Shown here: positions 15,457 to 30,229 of the stretch, piece by piece | Layout of the letters: each line of letters begins with the position of its first letter | Numbering within the stretch: position 1 is the stretch's first letter | NCBI GenBank assembly: GCA_951406725.2 | Contig: OX597817.1 | Location: 6,634,001 to 6,698,000 of the forward strand | Reading direction: 5' to 3' | Length of the DNA stretch: 64,000 nt | Source: Octopus vulgaris | Lineage: Eukaryota | Position numbers and translations under genes: made by a program | Notes under the pieces: generated by a model | Seen by the model: the letters and a program-made list of their open reading frames with translations, nothing else | Told to the model about the DNA's origin: nothing | Database searches by the model: none

Positions 15457-15959
15457 AACATCAAAAATTAATATTTGTTTCTTTTTATGGAAACACAAGT
15501 TTTTATAGGACTGCAAAAGAAGAGTACGAATGTAAATGAGGCGAAGATAAAGAAACATTGGTTATGGAACAAACATTAAATTTGTGTCATGTATGTATGT
15601 ATGTATGTATGTATGTATGTATGTATGTATGTATGTATGTATGTATGTGTGTTTCTGTAAAATAGCAATAAGTACAAATACGAACATTCGCATTAGACAA
15701 TGCACGGTTAATTGCTAAGAGGGACAAATGTGTGTGTAATGCTACAATGCGTCTGCGGTCTACCGTTTGAATCAAATTGATGAACAGTATCTTACAAACT
15801 GAAAGAAACGCAGAGTTCATACCTTCCTTCTAGTAGTTATCCATTACTTAATACATACAAACACACACACAAAAAAAAACGTATACGTACATATAATCTC
15901 GTATCATTTACTTCATTCGCTCTTTAGAATGGTCTCATGCTGAGGAATCACATTCACGA

Positions 15960-16075
15960 ACTTCTTATTTTTAAATTATGCGTATATTCTACTGACTCTT
16001 TTGCAGAACTGCTAAGTTACAGGTACGTAAGCAATCCAGCATTGGTTGTCAAGCAGTGGTGGGAGAAAAACGCGC
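15960..16075 (-). mobile_element. SINE family A, 3' fragment
   Basis: ctcttttgcagaactgctaagttac...ccagcattggttgtcaagc. Confidence 0.75.
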
Positions 16076-16121
16076 ATAAAAGATACATACATGCTCGCAC
16101 ACACACACACACACACACAGA

Positions 16122-16200
<79 letters not shown>

Positions 16201-16318
16201 GTATATATTTGCATATTTATGTATATATGTATATATGTATATATATATTTATATATATCTATATATATATCCATATAAGTGTGCATGTATATATATATAT
16301 ATATATTCATATATGGAG

Positions 16319-16353
<35 letters not shown>

Positions 16354-16987
16354 TATATATATACGCAAACCTGAGTGGGTGCATGTGTGTACGTGCACTA
16401 AAGTGCCTTTGCTTCAAATCCACGCTTTGGTGGTCGGACTCATATAAAAGAACTTTACGACTACCTTGTATCGTAAGAAGAACGTACAAAATTGTAAAAA
16501 TGTAATCATGCTTCCATTGTTTAAAGAAGATGCGATAAAATGAATCCTATATATTGCATACTTATTTTATTGTTTGTGAAAGTGGTCAATTAGACTGGTT
16601 ATTCAGTTCTAACATCGAAAATGCTACAAAAGATTTTAAGGAATTACTAAGAAACAATAACTGTGGAATTCTTGAATCTAAGAATTCTCTAGAATATTGT
16701 TTTTTGCTTCCAGAAGAAATTTGTTGAAATTATTATCGTTGCAGCGCAAAGAAGCGGAGGAATAAGAAGATGAGAATACCAAAGATTAAAATCGCACTAA
16801 GTTAACTGTTTTTTGGTTTGAAAAACTTGAAACACCTATCGTTGTTAAGCATTGTTAAATTAAGTGACATCACTTCTCCGAAATTAAGATGATCACATAT
16901 GTTAATATTATTCTCGCCATTATATCTCATTATATATATTGAAAGATATAAGTTACGATAGATATTAATTCTTATATATCTTTTTTG

Positions 16988-17020
<33 letters not shown>

Positions 17021-17373
17021 ACATTTAATTTAATTTAAGAATTAATTTCGTCAGACAATATATTATTTAATTATTAGTTGGCTTATTTATTTATAGTATT
17101 AAATTTTAAGTTAATTAGGTGTTATACTATTTGATATTTATTCAACTTTGTTATAGATTGTTATATTAAATCTATAGACATGTATATTTATTATATAGTT
17201 AGCTTATTTAAGGAGTTTGTCTATATTTGAACCATTTCTTATTTTGATTACAATTTAATGACTTGTACTAGCTTTGTGTATTTTATTTAATTTTAAAGTA
17301 TCTAATAATTTAAGTATTGTTTTAGTTTTTACTTATGTATATTTAGTATTTTCATATATATACACACACACAT

Positions 17374-17427
<54 letters not shown>

Positions 17428-17469
17428 GTAAATTTATTAATTAATTATTTTATTGTTCTAGTTTATTTT

Positions 17470-17558
17470 TAACCTGATGAGTGACTATATTTATATCGAA
17501 GTGAATTCACTATTACTATAATCATTTCTTAAATATAGCCACGAAACACGTGTCGTTA
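17470..17558 (+). ncRNA. Type I minimal hammerhead ribozyme motif with intact core
   Basis: taac-CTGATGA(17474-80)-gtgactatattta...taaatatagccac (13-bp stem II, 1 mismatch)-GAAA-cacgt-GTC-gtta; stem III is the palindrome ACACGTGT. Confidence 0.8.
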
Positions 17559-17809
17559 TTCTACCAATTATATACGTTTTTATTATTTTTTTGCAATTTA
17601 CTTAACCATTGACATTTTATTGTTATTTTGAATTTAATATTTCAATTATATGTAATTTTGTGGATGGTGTAATTTAATTGTTCATTTTAAATTGACAAAA
17701 TGTGTTTTTTTTGTAATTTTTTTATATATATTATATTGTGTGAAATTTGATTTAGTTTTTCTAAATTGAATTTTTCCCTTGTAAGTTTGGATTTTATTCC
17801 CTCAAATAA

Positions 17810-17859
<50 letters not shown>

Positions 17860-17870
17860 CATACATATAT

Positions 17871-17935
<65 letters not shown>

Positions 17936-17951
17936 TATACATACATATACG

Positions 17952-18125
17952 CACAGGGCTTCTTTCAGTTTCTGTCTACCACATCTACGCACAAGGCTTT
18001 GGTCATCCCGAATCTGTAGTAGAAGATGTTATAGATTCGGCCCTTAGGTGCCACGTGGTGGGACTGAACCTGGCACCATATGGTTTGGAAACAAGCTTCT
18101 TACCACGCAGCCACTCCTGCGCCTA
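17952..18125 (-). mobile_element. SINE family A, 5' half
   Basis: Reverse complement begins aggcgcaggagtggctgcgtggtaag. Confidence 0.88.
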
Positions 18126-18729
18126 TATTTATAATAATACAAATAGAGAAACCACTTGGGTTAGAGAGGTTGGAGATTACTAGATGTTCAACACATTTCT
18201 GTGTAATTATTAAGCCTAGGATAGACTTCTGTAAACAGATTAGAGTGTTTGGTGAGGACTTGATCTTGCTCAGATCAGTAATATTTAATGGTATAGAAGC
18301 AATGCCACCAGGTGCATTCACTGTATTCGATTGCACCGTACCTACATAATTTAACAGCTCAGGTCTTTTCCTCTATTTTTTATATCACATCACACAACTT
18401 CATAACGGAATGTGTGGAAAGGTTTTAATGAAAGTTTTACTTTCATTTCCCAGAAAAGGAAATTGATCTAATAACTCACAGTGCTTATAAGCATCACATC
18501 AGAGATCACCTGTCTTTAATTTTCACTCGAAAAGAGAATAGTAGCTTGTAACTATTTATCCTAATTACCAGTAGGATAACAATTAGTTAATTTTCACCAA
18601 ATAACCTTAAATTTTGTGCGCATCAAAAATAAAATTTCGGAAGTTTTAACTTATATTCATATCATCCTAAAACGAAACGCAGTGTAATGCACTTTTTGAC
18701 ATACATCTTCACACACGCGCGCGCGCACC

Positions 18730-18763
<34 letters not shown>

Positions 18764-21700
18764 CATAAAAATATATGAGCGTGTATGTGAATGTTGCTTG
18801 GTGCATGCAGGGCACGCTCACGATTATTTAGTTTTAATATTAGCTTCGCAATCACCTCCTGATCCCGCAGCGCGGTACGTTAGACAAGTGTGTTCTACCA
18901 CAACTTGAGTGTAGACAAACACTTCCTCCTCAGAAGGACTTGATCGCCGGCCGAAAGAAATGTTATTGTTCCTTAAATATATGAGGTTCTTTCTGGCTTT
19001 ATAATGTTATGTTAAAATTCATAGGTAAGAGTGTTTCTTACATATACCCATTTGTGATAACTCTGTGGAAGTGCCATAATAGAATATGAATTCTCAGTGT
19101 TATACTGAATATCGATATTTGTTGTGGTATTTATATTTTGAAAGATTATGTCTGTCATTGTTGGGAGTGTGATGTTACCTATTTTCATAGTCTCTGATTT
19201 GTGCGTTTGCTGGTTGTGGAGAAGATGTTAGTGGTTTTGTTAGTAGCATTATTGAACAAGTATATGAACAAACGCTTTTCAGTCGACTTTTCAAACATAG
19301 TGTATCTAGGGCTATAAGTTTCTTTTATTCTTTTGAGACAATAGGATGGTATTTGATGGAAATTTGATTGCTAATCCTTGAGTCTCATGCAAATGTTTAA
19401 AAATTCCGCTGTCGTTTTTTTCAGTAACACTGTTAATGGTTGTTGCGTTTGTACCCTTATTAATGAGTTCCCTCTCACTTTTTTTGTGCGCTCCATTGAT
19501 AAAATATATTCTCTACTCTTACCTCTTTGCGTTGCATTATCATTCTTCTTAATTTTACATTTTCTAATATTGTTTTAATGCTGATCTTGCTGAAGATGTA
19601 ATTTGAGATATTCAGAGTGGTAAATATTTAAAACTGATTTCTTGAAATATCAGTTATCGCGGTTTTTATAAGGCAGAACTCTTTGCAAGTGTCCACTTTT
19701 TCACTGTCTTTAACACGTATAGTTTTCTTTTGTTGCGGTAGTGTATTTATTCGTCTTGGCATTACTGTGGCTTTGCTGAAACATCTACTTTAATGTCTAT
19801 ATTGCTTATTTCGTTACAATTTCACAGTTTTCGATGAGTCTATAACTCAATGAAATTTATAACATTACCTGACAATTCTTTATTATTGTAGAATCATAAA
19901 GGATTCGTTGAAATAGGAACTTTTCGACTAATACCAGTTTCTACTGTTATTACCAGTTAACAACCTGATATGTAAACATAAAATCCTGTTCTCAATTCTA
20001 AACTACAAAGATCTCCGCCTGTGTTGTCATTATATTACATCTCTGTGCGTATCAGATTATTGCTAACATTGTTATTGTTTAACATCGGTTCAGTGTTGAT
20101 TGAACACAACTACGATTAAAGGCATTCCAGCAATAAACAACTCGTCATTCTGTATATCGAAGAACACATTATTATCTAATGTCTTCCACCTATTTTATAA
20201 CGACTGGGAATTTGGCTGACACTTTTAGCAGTGTGAGCAATCACGTCAACACCCCTTTATTGATTCATGTATCACCGTTATTTTCATGTTTAACACAACA
20301 TGATTAAGTATGTTATATGAAAATATAAATCCATAATGAAATCAAGGAACATGATCCAGTGCCCATGTCTTGATGATTAAAGTAACTATTTTACAAGAAT
20401 AGTCTTCACCATTCTAATCAGATTGGACGAAACAAAATCTCTCAGGAAATAAAATTTCCTTGAATGCAAGGCAACGTTTGGCGATGACAATGGTGGTTAA
20501 CTAGACATTAGTTATCAGAGACTACCGTTGCAGCAGTCCTCCAAGGTTGTATTCTGATAAAAATTGCCGCATAAAGTATATCTGAGTTACTTGATCTAAG
20601 TGGCCACTGAAGTCTTTCTGAAGACATTTAGCTCTTGTAAAATTTTAGCATCTTTTTCTTGAGTAGCAAGGAGAATAATTCCAGAATACTAATTAGATAA
20701 ATGATATGAATATACCAATAACCTCTTATACACGAATATTTGCATGACTACAATATTTGCATGCTACATGTTCAAAAATGCATTTCTCTGGGAAAAAAAG
20801 TAAATAAAAATAATAAATATATTACACTAGATATAATTGCATTTCACTTGCGAAACAGCTACATAAGTTAGGTAAAAAATATGAATTCAAATTGTTGAAG
20901 CTTCATATCAAAGATTTTGACACGTGTCAAAATTTAGTACGCTGAAGAAAATTTATATCACGGCAAAATTTTAAATAATGAATTTTAAGATATAGAATGG
21001 TTATATTTGTTGTTGAAATGATTTATTCACGGTCTTTTATTTAAGTAAAAGCGAGTTTCATAAAGATAATATTTCATAATTCACGTAACTTGCAAGATTG
21101 CTAATTTGCCGTATAACATCGTGTTGATAACATAGTACAAAAAATGTGCAAATCTAATTGAATGATAAAAAAAATGTTTACACTTGCAAACTATATGAAC
21201 TACTAATTACAAAACATCTTTTTAAAAAAAAAACATAAAACAAAGTGACATTTAATAAAAATCTAATAATATAAAATCTATTTTGAATTACTCTAAGTTA
21301 TCTAAAATATGAGGGTGTTGAGATAAATATATATAGCATAAAAATATTTGACTGTATAATTCAGTCGGTGTTTCCATTATCTAAGTTACTTCCGACTGTT
21401 TACCCAAACATCCGTTTCGGAATAACAATGTCGGCAGAGTCAGGCTTTCAAGTTTGTTTTTTAAAAAATTAAAACAAAGATCAACAAAACAGAGTATTTC
21501 ATTGTCATGTGCTGATGGTAAACAGAAGTTTAGAAATTCAGCACACACATATTGAGACATTTCATTTTATTTAATATAAAATGAATTAAAGATAGGCTTA
21601 TTATAAAATGATATAATATATATTGATCTCTTGCCCTGTCACAAGGTTATTTTCCATAAATGTAGATATGAATAATAGAGACATAGCAGGTGTTCGAAAT

Positions 21701-22023
21701 TATGATTATCATAGCCCAAAATATGTTTATGCTCAAAGGACAAAAATAATTGATGAATAATTGTGCAGAAAGCGGATTCTGATTCTCGGTTGAATCTTCA
21801 TTATAAACATGCAATCTTCATCGTTTTGTTGCTCTGTACCATCATGTCACTTCTGAGTAGACAAAACAGGAACATTTGAAAAATACGACTTTCATTCAAA
21901 CATGGTGTATTTTGGACACTTTTTGTTCATATCGACCCATCTACACACACATACGTACATACACTCTCTCCCTCTCTCTCTTTTCCTCAGTCTGTCTGTC
22001 TCGCTCTCTCCCTCTGTCTGTCA

Positions 22024-22063
<40 letters not shown>

Positions 22064-23324
22064 CTTTCTCTCTCTCTCAGACACATAAACATATACACAT
22101 ACACATGCCCACACGTATGTACATATATTTAAGATTTGCTGAAGTTATCGCTACTATTTCCAGTAACCTGAATTAGCTTATAGAATACGAATCTAAAACG
22201 GTAGTTTTGCGGATGATCTATATTTCTGCCACCCATTAGCCGGTCTTTTAGAGAGAAGCAGGGTTATGCCGATTCAAATCAAGACAGAAATGTATCCATT
22301 CATATCGCTCTCTCATGAAACAAAATCATATTGTCTTACTTTTCCAATATGTGTCACTTCAACCGTGAATATACATATTATTATCAAACAATGATAATGA
22401 ACATTCAACATAGTATTGGTGGATAGGGATTCCTTATATATAGGTTAAGACTACGATTGGTTTCATGTTAACAATTATGAAGCCTTCCACATACATATTT
22501 CTGCAGGAAATAATTGTATACTCATTTTAATCTCTAGAACAAAGAAAATTTCATCCAGAGGTAGACATAACAAGTGGCCTTAACCAGCGAGAGCAGTTAA
22601 ATTGACTATATTCCTACCAACACAAAATACCTAAGCTTGAGTTTATATACAGAAACACCACATTGACATATATCTGTAACGTATCAGTTTACTGACCGAT
22701 GGGTTAATGAATTTATACGCTACTTTGCGACGGTTGTTACAATATATAACACCATTCAGAGTTGTTCACTTGATTCTAAATAACAAACAAGTTGCGTAAT
22801 GATTAAGAGCAAAAAGGACAGTAATATTTTATATTTAACTCGCTGTACTTAAGACATATAATCACACGAGTGTGGGGCATAATACGATTATTTACAACGA
22901 AAATCGAGTTAAGGAACTTAACGAAACGACTTGTTTATTATAATTATTACTATTTAATTGAATTTTGGAAGTCGCATCTGTCATATTATTCGTAATTACG
23001 ACTGTATTAGCTTTCTTTGTTAGGTTTTAGTCGTTCGAGGGCATAAAATCCTAGAAGTTACATTATGTTGAAAAAAGTATGGCAAAGAATTCGTGTAGCG
23101 TTTGTACAACATCGCCTCAAGAATTATTCCAATCCTGAGATGGTATATATATATTTGTGTGTGTTTGTGTGTGTGCGCGTTAGTATGTATGTGCGCGCGG
23201 TCAGTGTGTAGGTGTAGATCGTGTACATGTAAGGTTGTATAATAATACATTTATGCATATATGAATATATGGTTGTATGTGTATATATATATATATATAT
23301 ATAAAATATGTATATATATATATA

Positions 23325-23700
23325 TTTTACTTGATTCAGTCATGTGACTGTGGAAATGCTGGAGCACCGCATTAAGTCGAGCAAATCGACCCCAGGACTT
23401 TATCTATCGGTCGCTTTTGCCGAACCGCTAACTTACTGGGACGTAAACACACCAACATCGGTTGTCAAGCGATCCTGGGGGGACAAACAGAGACACAAAC
23501 ATATACACATACATATATATATATACATATATCCGACGGGCTTCTTACAGTTTTTCCATCTACCAAATCCACTCACAAGGCTTTGGTCGACCCGAGGCTA
23601 TAGTAGATGACACTTGCCCAAGGTGCCACGCAATTGGGACTGAACCCAGAACCATGTGGTTGGTAAGCAAGATACTTACCACAAAGCCACTCCTACGCCT
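23325..23700 (-). mobile_element. SINE family A, full length
   Basis: Reverse complement colinear with 48400-48800. Confidence 0.93.
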
Positions 23701-23769
23701 ATATATACATATATAGCATGGTCGTAGTTAAATGACTGAAAGAAGTAAAGGAATATATGTATATGTGTG

Positions 23770-23945
23770 TATACATACATACATACATACATGCATACAA
23801 ACAAACATACATACATACATACATACATGCATACATACATACATGCATACATACATACATACATACATACATGCATACAAGCATACATACATCCATACAT
23901 ACATACATACATCCATACATGCATACATACATACATACGTACATG
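23770..23945. repeat. (TACA)n microsatellite
   Basis: Directly visible; others at 15588-15647, 39085-39225, 40793-40880. Confidence 0.95.
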
Positions 23946-24149
23946 TATGTATATGCTGCGCAAAAATGCTACGCATAGTAAGTATATTAATTATAAAAAA
24001 TTTTAATTCCATAATTCTCTGAATATGGTTCATATTTTGATGGAAGATGTACCAAAATATTTTAGATGCAAACATTTAACCATAGATTATAAATTTGATC
24101 GGAAACTGTTTTAGTTGGCACTTAGTGAATTAGCGAATGTCGTAAATAT

Positions 24150-24185
<36 letters not shown>

Positions 24186-24354
24186 TTAACAGTCAATTTC
24201 CGATATACTTTCTGTTTCATTTATATACGTGTGCATATACACTCGCATACGCACACATATTTATATATACATGAATACAGACAGACAAACGCACACACAC
24301 ACACACATACACACACACACATATATATATATATATAGATAGATAGAGAGAGAG

Positions 24355-24395
<41 letters not shown>

Positions 24396-24885
24396 TATAG
24401 ATATATATATATATATTCATATATATATATATTTATATATATATATATTTATATATATATATATAGATATAGATATATAGATATAGATATATTCATATAT
24501 ATATATATATATATTCATGTATATGCATGTATACATATTTTCATTAATCTGGTATTTGTAATAGCTAATTCAACGCAAAGCGTATACAGATTATGGTTTC
24601 TCATGTAGCGAATTCTCGTTAACTATATCCCTAATTGATGAAACGTTTCAACAAATTGGAATTCATACAATTTTAGTTCGCAATATATCAATTTATAAAA
24701 TATATGTTATGCATTGATATATAATATGTAATAAAAAAAAAATACTTGCTTACCTAAAGGAATTCTAGTGTCAATAAAGCAGATAATTCTCATTATAAAA
24801 GATACAATTTGCTGCAGAAATTAATCATTATATGAAACATACACGCAAATGTAAATGTGTATGTGACTATCTGTATATATATGTG

Positions 24886-25008
<123 letters not shown>

Positions 25009-25050
25009 GTATATGTATACGCACACACACATATATATATATACATATGT

Positions 25051-25093
<43 letters not shown>

Positions 25094-25667
25094 CATACAT
25101 ACATACATACATATACACACACATATTTATATGCGTATCCAGTTACATTCGAATTCTGTAGGACACTTCACTTTATATCAGTGACTAAATAATTCTGATT
25201 GCCATCATAAATTACGTTGTGTCTTTATTGCACATAATAATTTAACTTCAATTGTTAGAAATTTCATCAATTTAGCATCATAAAATTTGTTCAGATTTTA
25301 ATTTCCTAACAGTGTCCTATTAATCTATGAAATAAATCTTTTTGGAGAAATATCAATAGGATCTTATTGTTCTTTTTACTTGTAGTTTTTTTTTCTAATG
25401 TTGCTAGAACTTACCACAGGATTGTATTTTTAAAAAAAGCATTCTATCTTCGTAGCAGTCTTTAGGTTTATGTTTTAAGTTTTCATAACTCATCTACATA
25501 CACCCCCGCACAAAAACGAACACATGTTCATGTATACTTATTATTTAGTATTAGGAAAATCTTTCTCTGTCATTCGGTAGATCAGAATTTTACTGGCATT
25601 AAATTTATACTTGTTAAATTTCTACCTTCATATATGTATATCTTCGGGCTAAAACACTTTTTTAAGG

Positions 25668-25698
<31 letters not shown>

Positions 25699-25704
25699 TT
25701 TATG

Positions 25705-25854
<150 letters not shown>

Positions 25855-25859
25855 AAAAA

Positions 25860-26590
25860 AGCAACAAGAATGCATTAAAATCTCGCTACGATCGTTTCGT
25901 ACGAGGACATCTTTAATAAGCTACAAAAAATGCAGTGAATACAGATGGCTCGTACTCGTCAGCCGAAAAAATATCAGAGAATTCCCAAACATCAAAAGGG
26001 GTAGATACAAAAGAGGTTGTAGGGTTAACTGCATTGAAGAAAGTTCGATTCATGGAGATCCGATGAAAGGTTTTAAACCTATAGAATTTATGCATGTCTA
26101 CATATAGCTCATATTGAATATTTGATCAAGTTGTATGAAGAAATTTTCGGATACAGTCATGCAAAATTTCTGAAAATCCGAGTAAGAGGCAAAGTGACTG
26201 CCACATCATGTAGAGGAAAGTCTGAGTAAAAACATAGTGACTGTCATATCGTGTAGAGGAACAGATTGTTATTGAAATTTACAAGAATCACAGATAAGTT
26301 CGATTTTTTGGAGATCCGATGAAAAAGTCTGGAACTTACAAAATTTGTGTATGTCCTTATAGTTCGTAATCCAGTTTTGTGGAGAGATTTAGGGTACAAT
26401 CATGCGAAAATATCAGGGAGTCCGAATGAGAAGCAAAAATGACAGTCTTATATTGTAGTGGCTCAGGTAGTTAATGAAATTTTCAAGAATCACAGAAAGA
26501 GGAGGAAGGGGGTAGGAATTTAATCAGTTACTGCTATTTAAGCTGTCAAAAGGAAAGGAAAGGGGAAGCTAAGGGGATGGGCATAATTTG
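25860..26590. repeat. Diverged ~255-bp tandem repeat, possibly inside a Helitron/Helentron-derived non-autonomous element
   Basis: aagttcgatt..tggagatccgatgaaa at ~26041 and ~26296; catgc.aaa.t.tc.g..a.tccga at ~26158 and ~26401; gaaattt.caagaatcacaga twice. Confidence 0.6.
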
Positions 26591-26728
26591 ATACTAACAA
26601 AAAAGACTAAGTTTGTTTGGAACAAATTCGAACTGAGGTCAACAATTTATTTCTTTATTTATAAATGTTACTATTAATAGATTGTCAGGTTACAAAGAGG
26701 TCAATAGAAAGGAAAGAAAAATGGGGTT

Positions 26729-26842
26729 GTTTTTAAATGAAATTAAACTATTATATTATTATTATACTAAACTATAATACATACATAATGTTTTTAAATG
26801 AAATTAAACAATTATATTATTATTATACTAAACTATAATACA
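26729..26842. repeat. ~60-bp tandem duplication
   Basis: tgtttttaaatgaaattaaac.attatattattattatactaaactataa occurs twice. Confidence 0.9.
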
Positions 26843-26956
26843 CTACACTATATTATATTATATTATTTTGCTATATTATATCACATCACAATACACTACG
26901 ATAGGTCTGGTATTAGCAGAATTAATTTTTAAAAGTTTAAAAGAAATTAAGAGAAT

Positions 26957-26988
<32 letters not shown>

Positions 26989-27000
26989 AATGCATATAGT

Positions 27001-27802
27001 AAAGTCAATCGCCACATCAGACTGGTTGTTGAATGTTACTACAAGTTTAACCCCAGGCAGATTCTCCGCAACCTGGTTATCGGTGCGACTCTACAAACTT
27101 TATATACAATATATTGTTGGTAGCGGGAGCGAACACCTATGAACTTCTAACAGTTAACAGGATCGCGAAGCTGACGCAGTTTCGAGTTATCTGGCTCATC
27201 CTCTGTCGGGAGCACCTACAAGCTCGTGCGGTGGTCAGAGTCCACTAACAATACAATGTAAATAAAGTGACCATCGGTCAGAGATTTGTAACAAGCAAAA
27301 TACTTAGTTGTAAAATCTAAATAAGTGATAGAGTAGTAACTATACTAAACAGGAAAGTCAGTCGCCACATCAAAGTAGGAGTTGAATGTTGCTATTAGTT
27401 TAACCCTAGGCAAATTCTCCGCCAGTTTGGTAGCAGGGAGAGCGAACACCTACTGCCCTCTAGCAGGTATCGGTCTCGCGAGACTGACTCAGTTTCGAGC
27501 TATTTGGCCCATCCTGAGTCGTGAGTACCTGCATCCCAGGTGTTTGCGACTGAGGATGAGAATACAAGTGCTCGCGATTGTAGGTGACCCAAATAGCTCA
27601 AAAGGGAGGCAGTCTCGCGATCTTGTTACGTGCCAGAGGATGGTAGTAGTCCGCTCCCACTGCTAACAATATTTTATATATAACGTGTAGAGCAACACCG
27701 ATAATCAGCTGGCGTAGAATCTGCCTGGGGTTAAACTAGAAGTAACATTCAACAGCCACTTTGATGTGGCGACTGACTGTTTAGTAAAGTTTCTACTCTA
27801 TC
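27001..27802. mobile_element. Foldback/MITE with long terminal inverted repeats and a duplicated left arm
   Basis: gtcagtcgccacatcaaagt..gttgaatgtt..agtttaaccc.aggca.attct appears at ~27003 and ~27357 (direct) and inverted at ~27715-27778; gatagagtag / ctactctatc termini at 27328 and 27802. Confidence 0.8.
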
Positions 27803-27825
27803 TTTTCTTGGGATCTTAGGTATGT

Positions 27826-28228
<403 letters not shown>

Positions 28229-28475
28229 AAATAAAGCTGTATTCCTTAATATATATATATAAAGATTGTATAGTGCATGTGGTGACTAACGATTTAAAGT
28301 CTATTCTCTGCGTATCGGCATAGACATTTTTTTTCTTTTGCCCTTATTTATAATTGTTTATACATTTTCATCCTTAAAGGTATTTTTAATATGCCGGCCA
28401 CTTTGATGAAAGTTTTGGAAAAAAATCTTCCCGTATTAGGAGCATATATGTGTGTATGCATGTGTGTGTGTGTGT

Positions 28476-28527
<52 letters not shown>

Positions 28528-29249
28528 GTATGCATACATGTATACATGTATGTATTGTTGGATCTTATAAGTGCAAGTAAAACGTATAAATCAATAAAAT
28601 ACCGCTCTTTTATATAAAGATCTTTTTGGTGAAATACAGTTTAGATATCAGTTTCGTTATAATTCAAAAGCACGCATGCTTGTTGTCACTGCTGAAGTAA
28701 CTATGAACATAAATAAAAGTATGTTTTCAGATTTTTATGACCGAATTAGATAAAATAATTCTACGTGAAATAACTCAATTCAATACGTTTACTAACCAGT
28801 ATTTCTGTTCATATTTTATTTTTTCATAAACTGAAATTTTCTGCTTCACTAACAGTGTTTATTTCTGTTTTGAAATTTATCTTTGCCAAGTATTTCATTA
28901 ATTAGTCTATTATAGTTCGGTTTCAACTTACCAAGGGGAATAATCGCCTTGGATACTTTGCGTGCAACCCAAGAAATTCAATTAGCTAATATTGAACCAA
29001 GTAAATATAACGAATGAATCATAAATTTTAATCATAAATTAAGATTAACTTCTAACATTGCCTTAGGGAAAGTGGTTTATATTATATTATTATTAGATAG
29101 TATATTCTATACCCTCTTGTTATCCTTCTAGTTTTTCTTGCCGATCTCTCTATCTTACAGCACCTTACTCTTACATTTTTATCTCTCTTTTTAACAGCTA
29201 CCAACATCCAAAATCTGATTTATGTCGAAGCAACTCATTAAACCTTGCA

Positions 29250-30182
29250 GATGAGTACAACCTTGTCGTTGGAATGGGGGCTTGTGTGTCTCCATGTCTA
29301 TGATAGCTGTGCTAGCGTAGCGGGAGATTTGTCTCTTGATAAGGTCAGTCAAGCCAGACAGGTCGAAGGGTAGAGATCGGTCGAATAGTACTCAACTAGT
29401 CTTCTAGGTTGGAGGTTTAGCATTGGACTAAAATCCCGCTCTAGTAAAAAGAAAAAAACATACCTATATGAGGCAAAAAAAAAAGGTGTACACGTGTGTA
29501 GGGAGATGAACATTTATAATCTGAATATTCTTGGAGTGTGCGAGACAAGAGGGACGGGAACAGGATTTACAAGGCTCACAAGGGGTGACTACTCTGAAGA
29601 GGAAAAATGCCAGTAGCACTCGCACGGAGTAGCGTTGATGTTGACACCTGAAGCAACACGATCAATGCTGTCCTGGGAACCAGTGTCACCAAGGATCATG
29701 ACTGCAAACTTCAACTCAAACGGTAGGAAAGTTACCACCCACAAATGCAGCAATTATAGTGGACAAAGAAGAGTTCTATGAGCAACTCCAAATGGTCATG
29801 GATAAAACACCGAAGGGAGACCTGAAGATACTTATGCGAGACTTGAATGCAAAAGTGGGAACAGACAGCAAAGATAGAGAGCGTTACATGGGCAGGCACG
29901 GCATCGGAGAATGAAGTGAAAATGGAGAAATGTTTACAGGATTTTGCTCCTTCAAGGACCTTCTCATAGGAGGTACTGTCTTTCCGCACAAGAAAATCCA
30001 CGAGACAAAATAGATTTCCCCTGATGATAAGACTGAGAACCAGAATGACCACATTACCATTGACAGAAAGTGAAGAAGCCTGAATGACGTCAGGGTGAAG
30101 CGTGGAGTTGACGCAACATCCGATTTCCATCTGAAAGCTTACAACGACCGGGCAGGAAGATCATCACACAGGTGATGATCTT

Positions 30183-30229
<47 letters not shown>

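Noticed and set aside
18950-19950. Possible ancient Penelope-like ORF on the minus strand (ETMKIGNITLPTMTDII, STELSQ)
   Set aside because: Only vague motif echoes and no catalytic motif; needs a profile search.
26729-27802. CRISPR-like repeat array
   Set aside because: Repeats are tandem or inverted, lack regular unique spacers, and lie in eukaryotic context with no cas genes.
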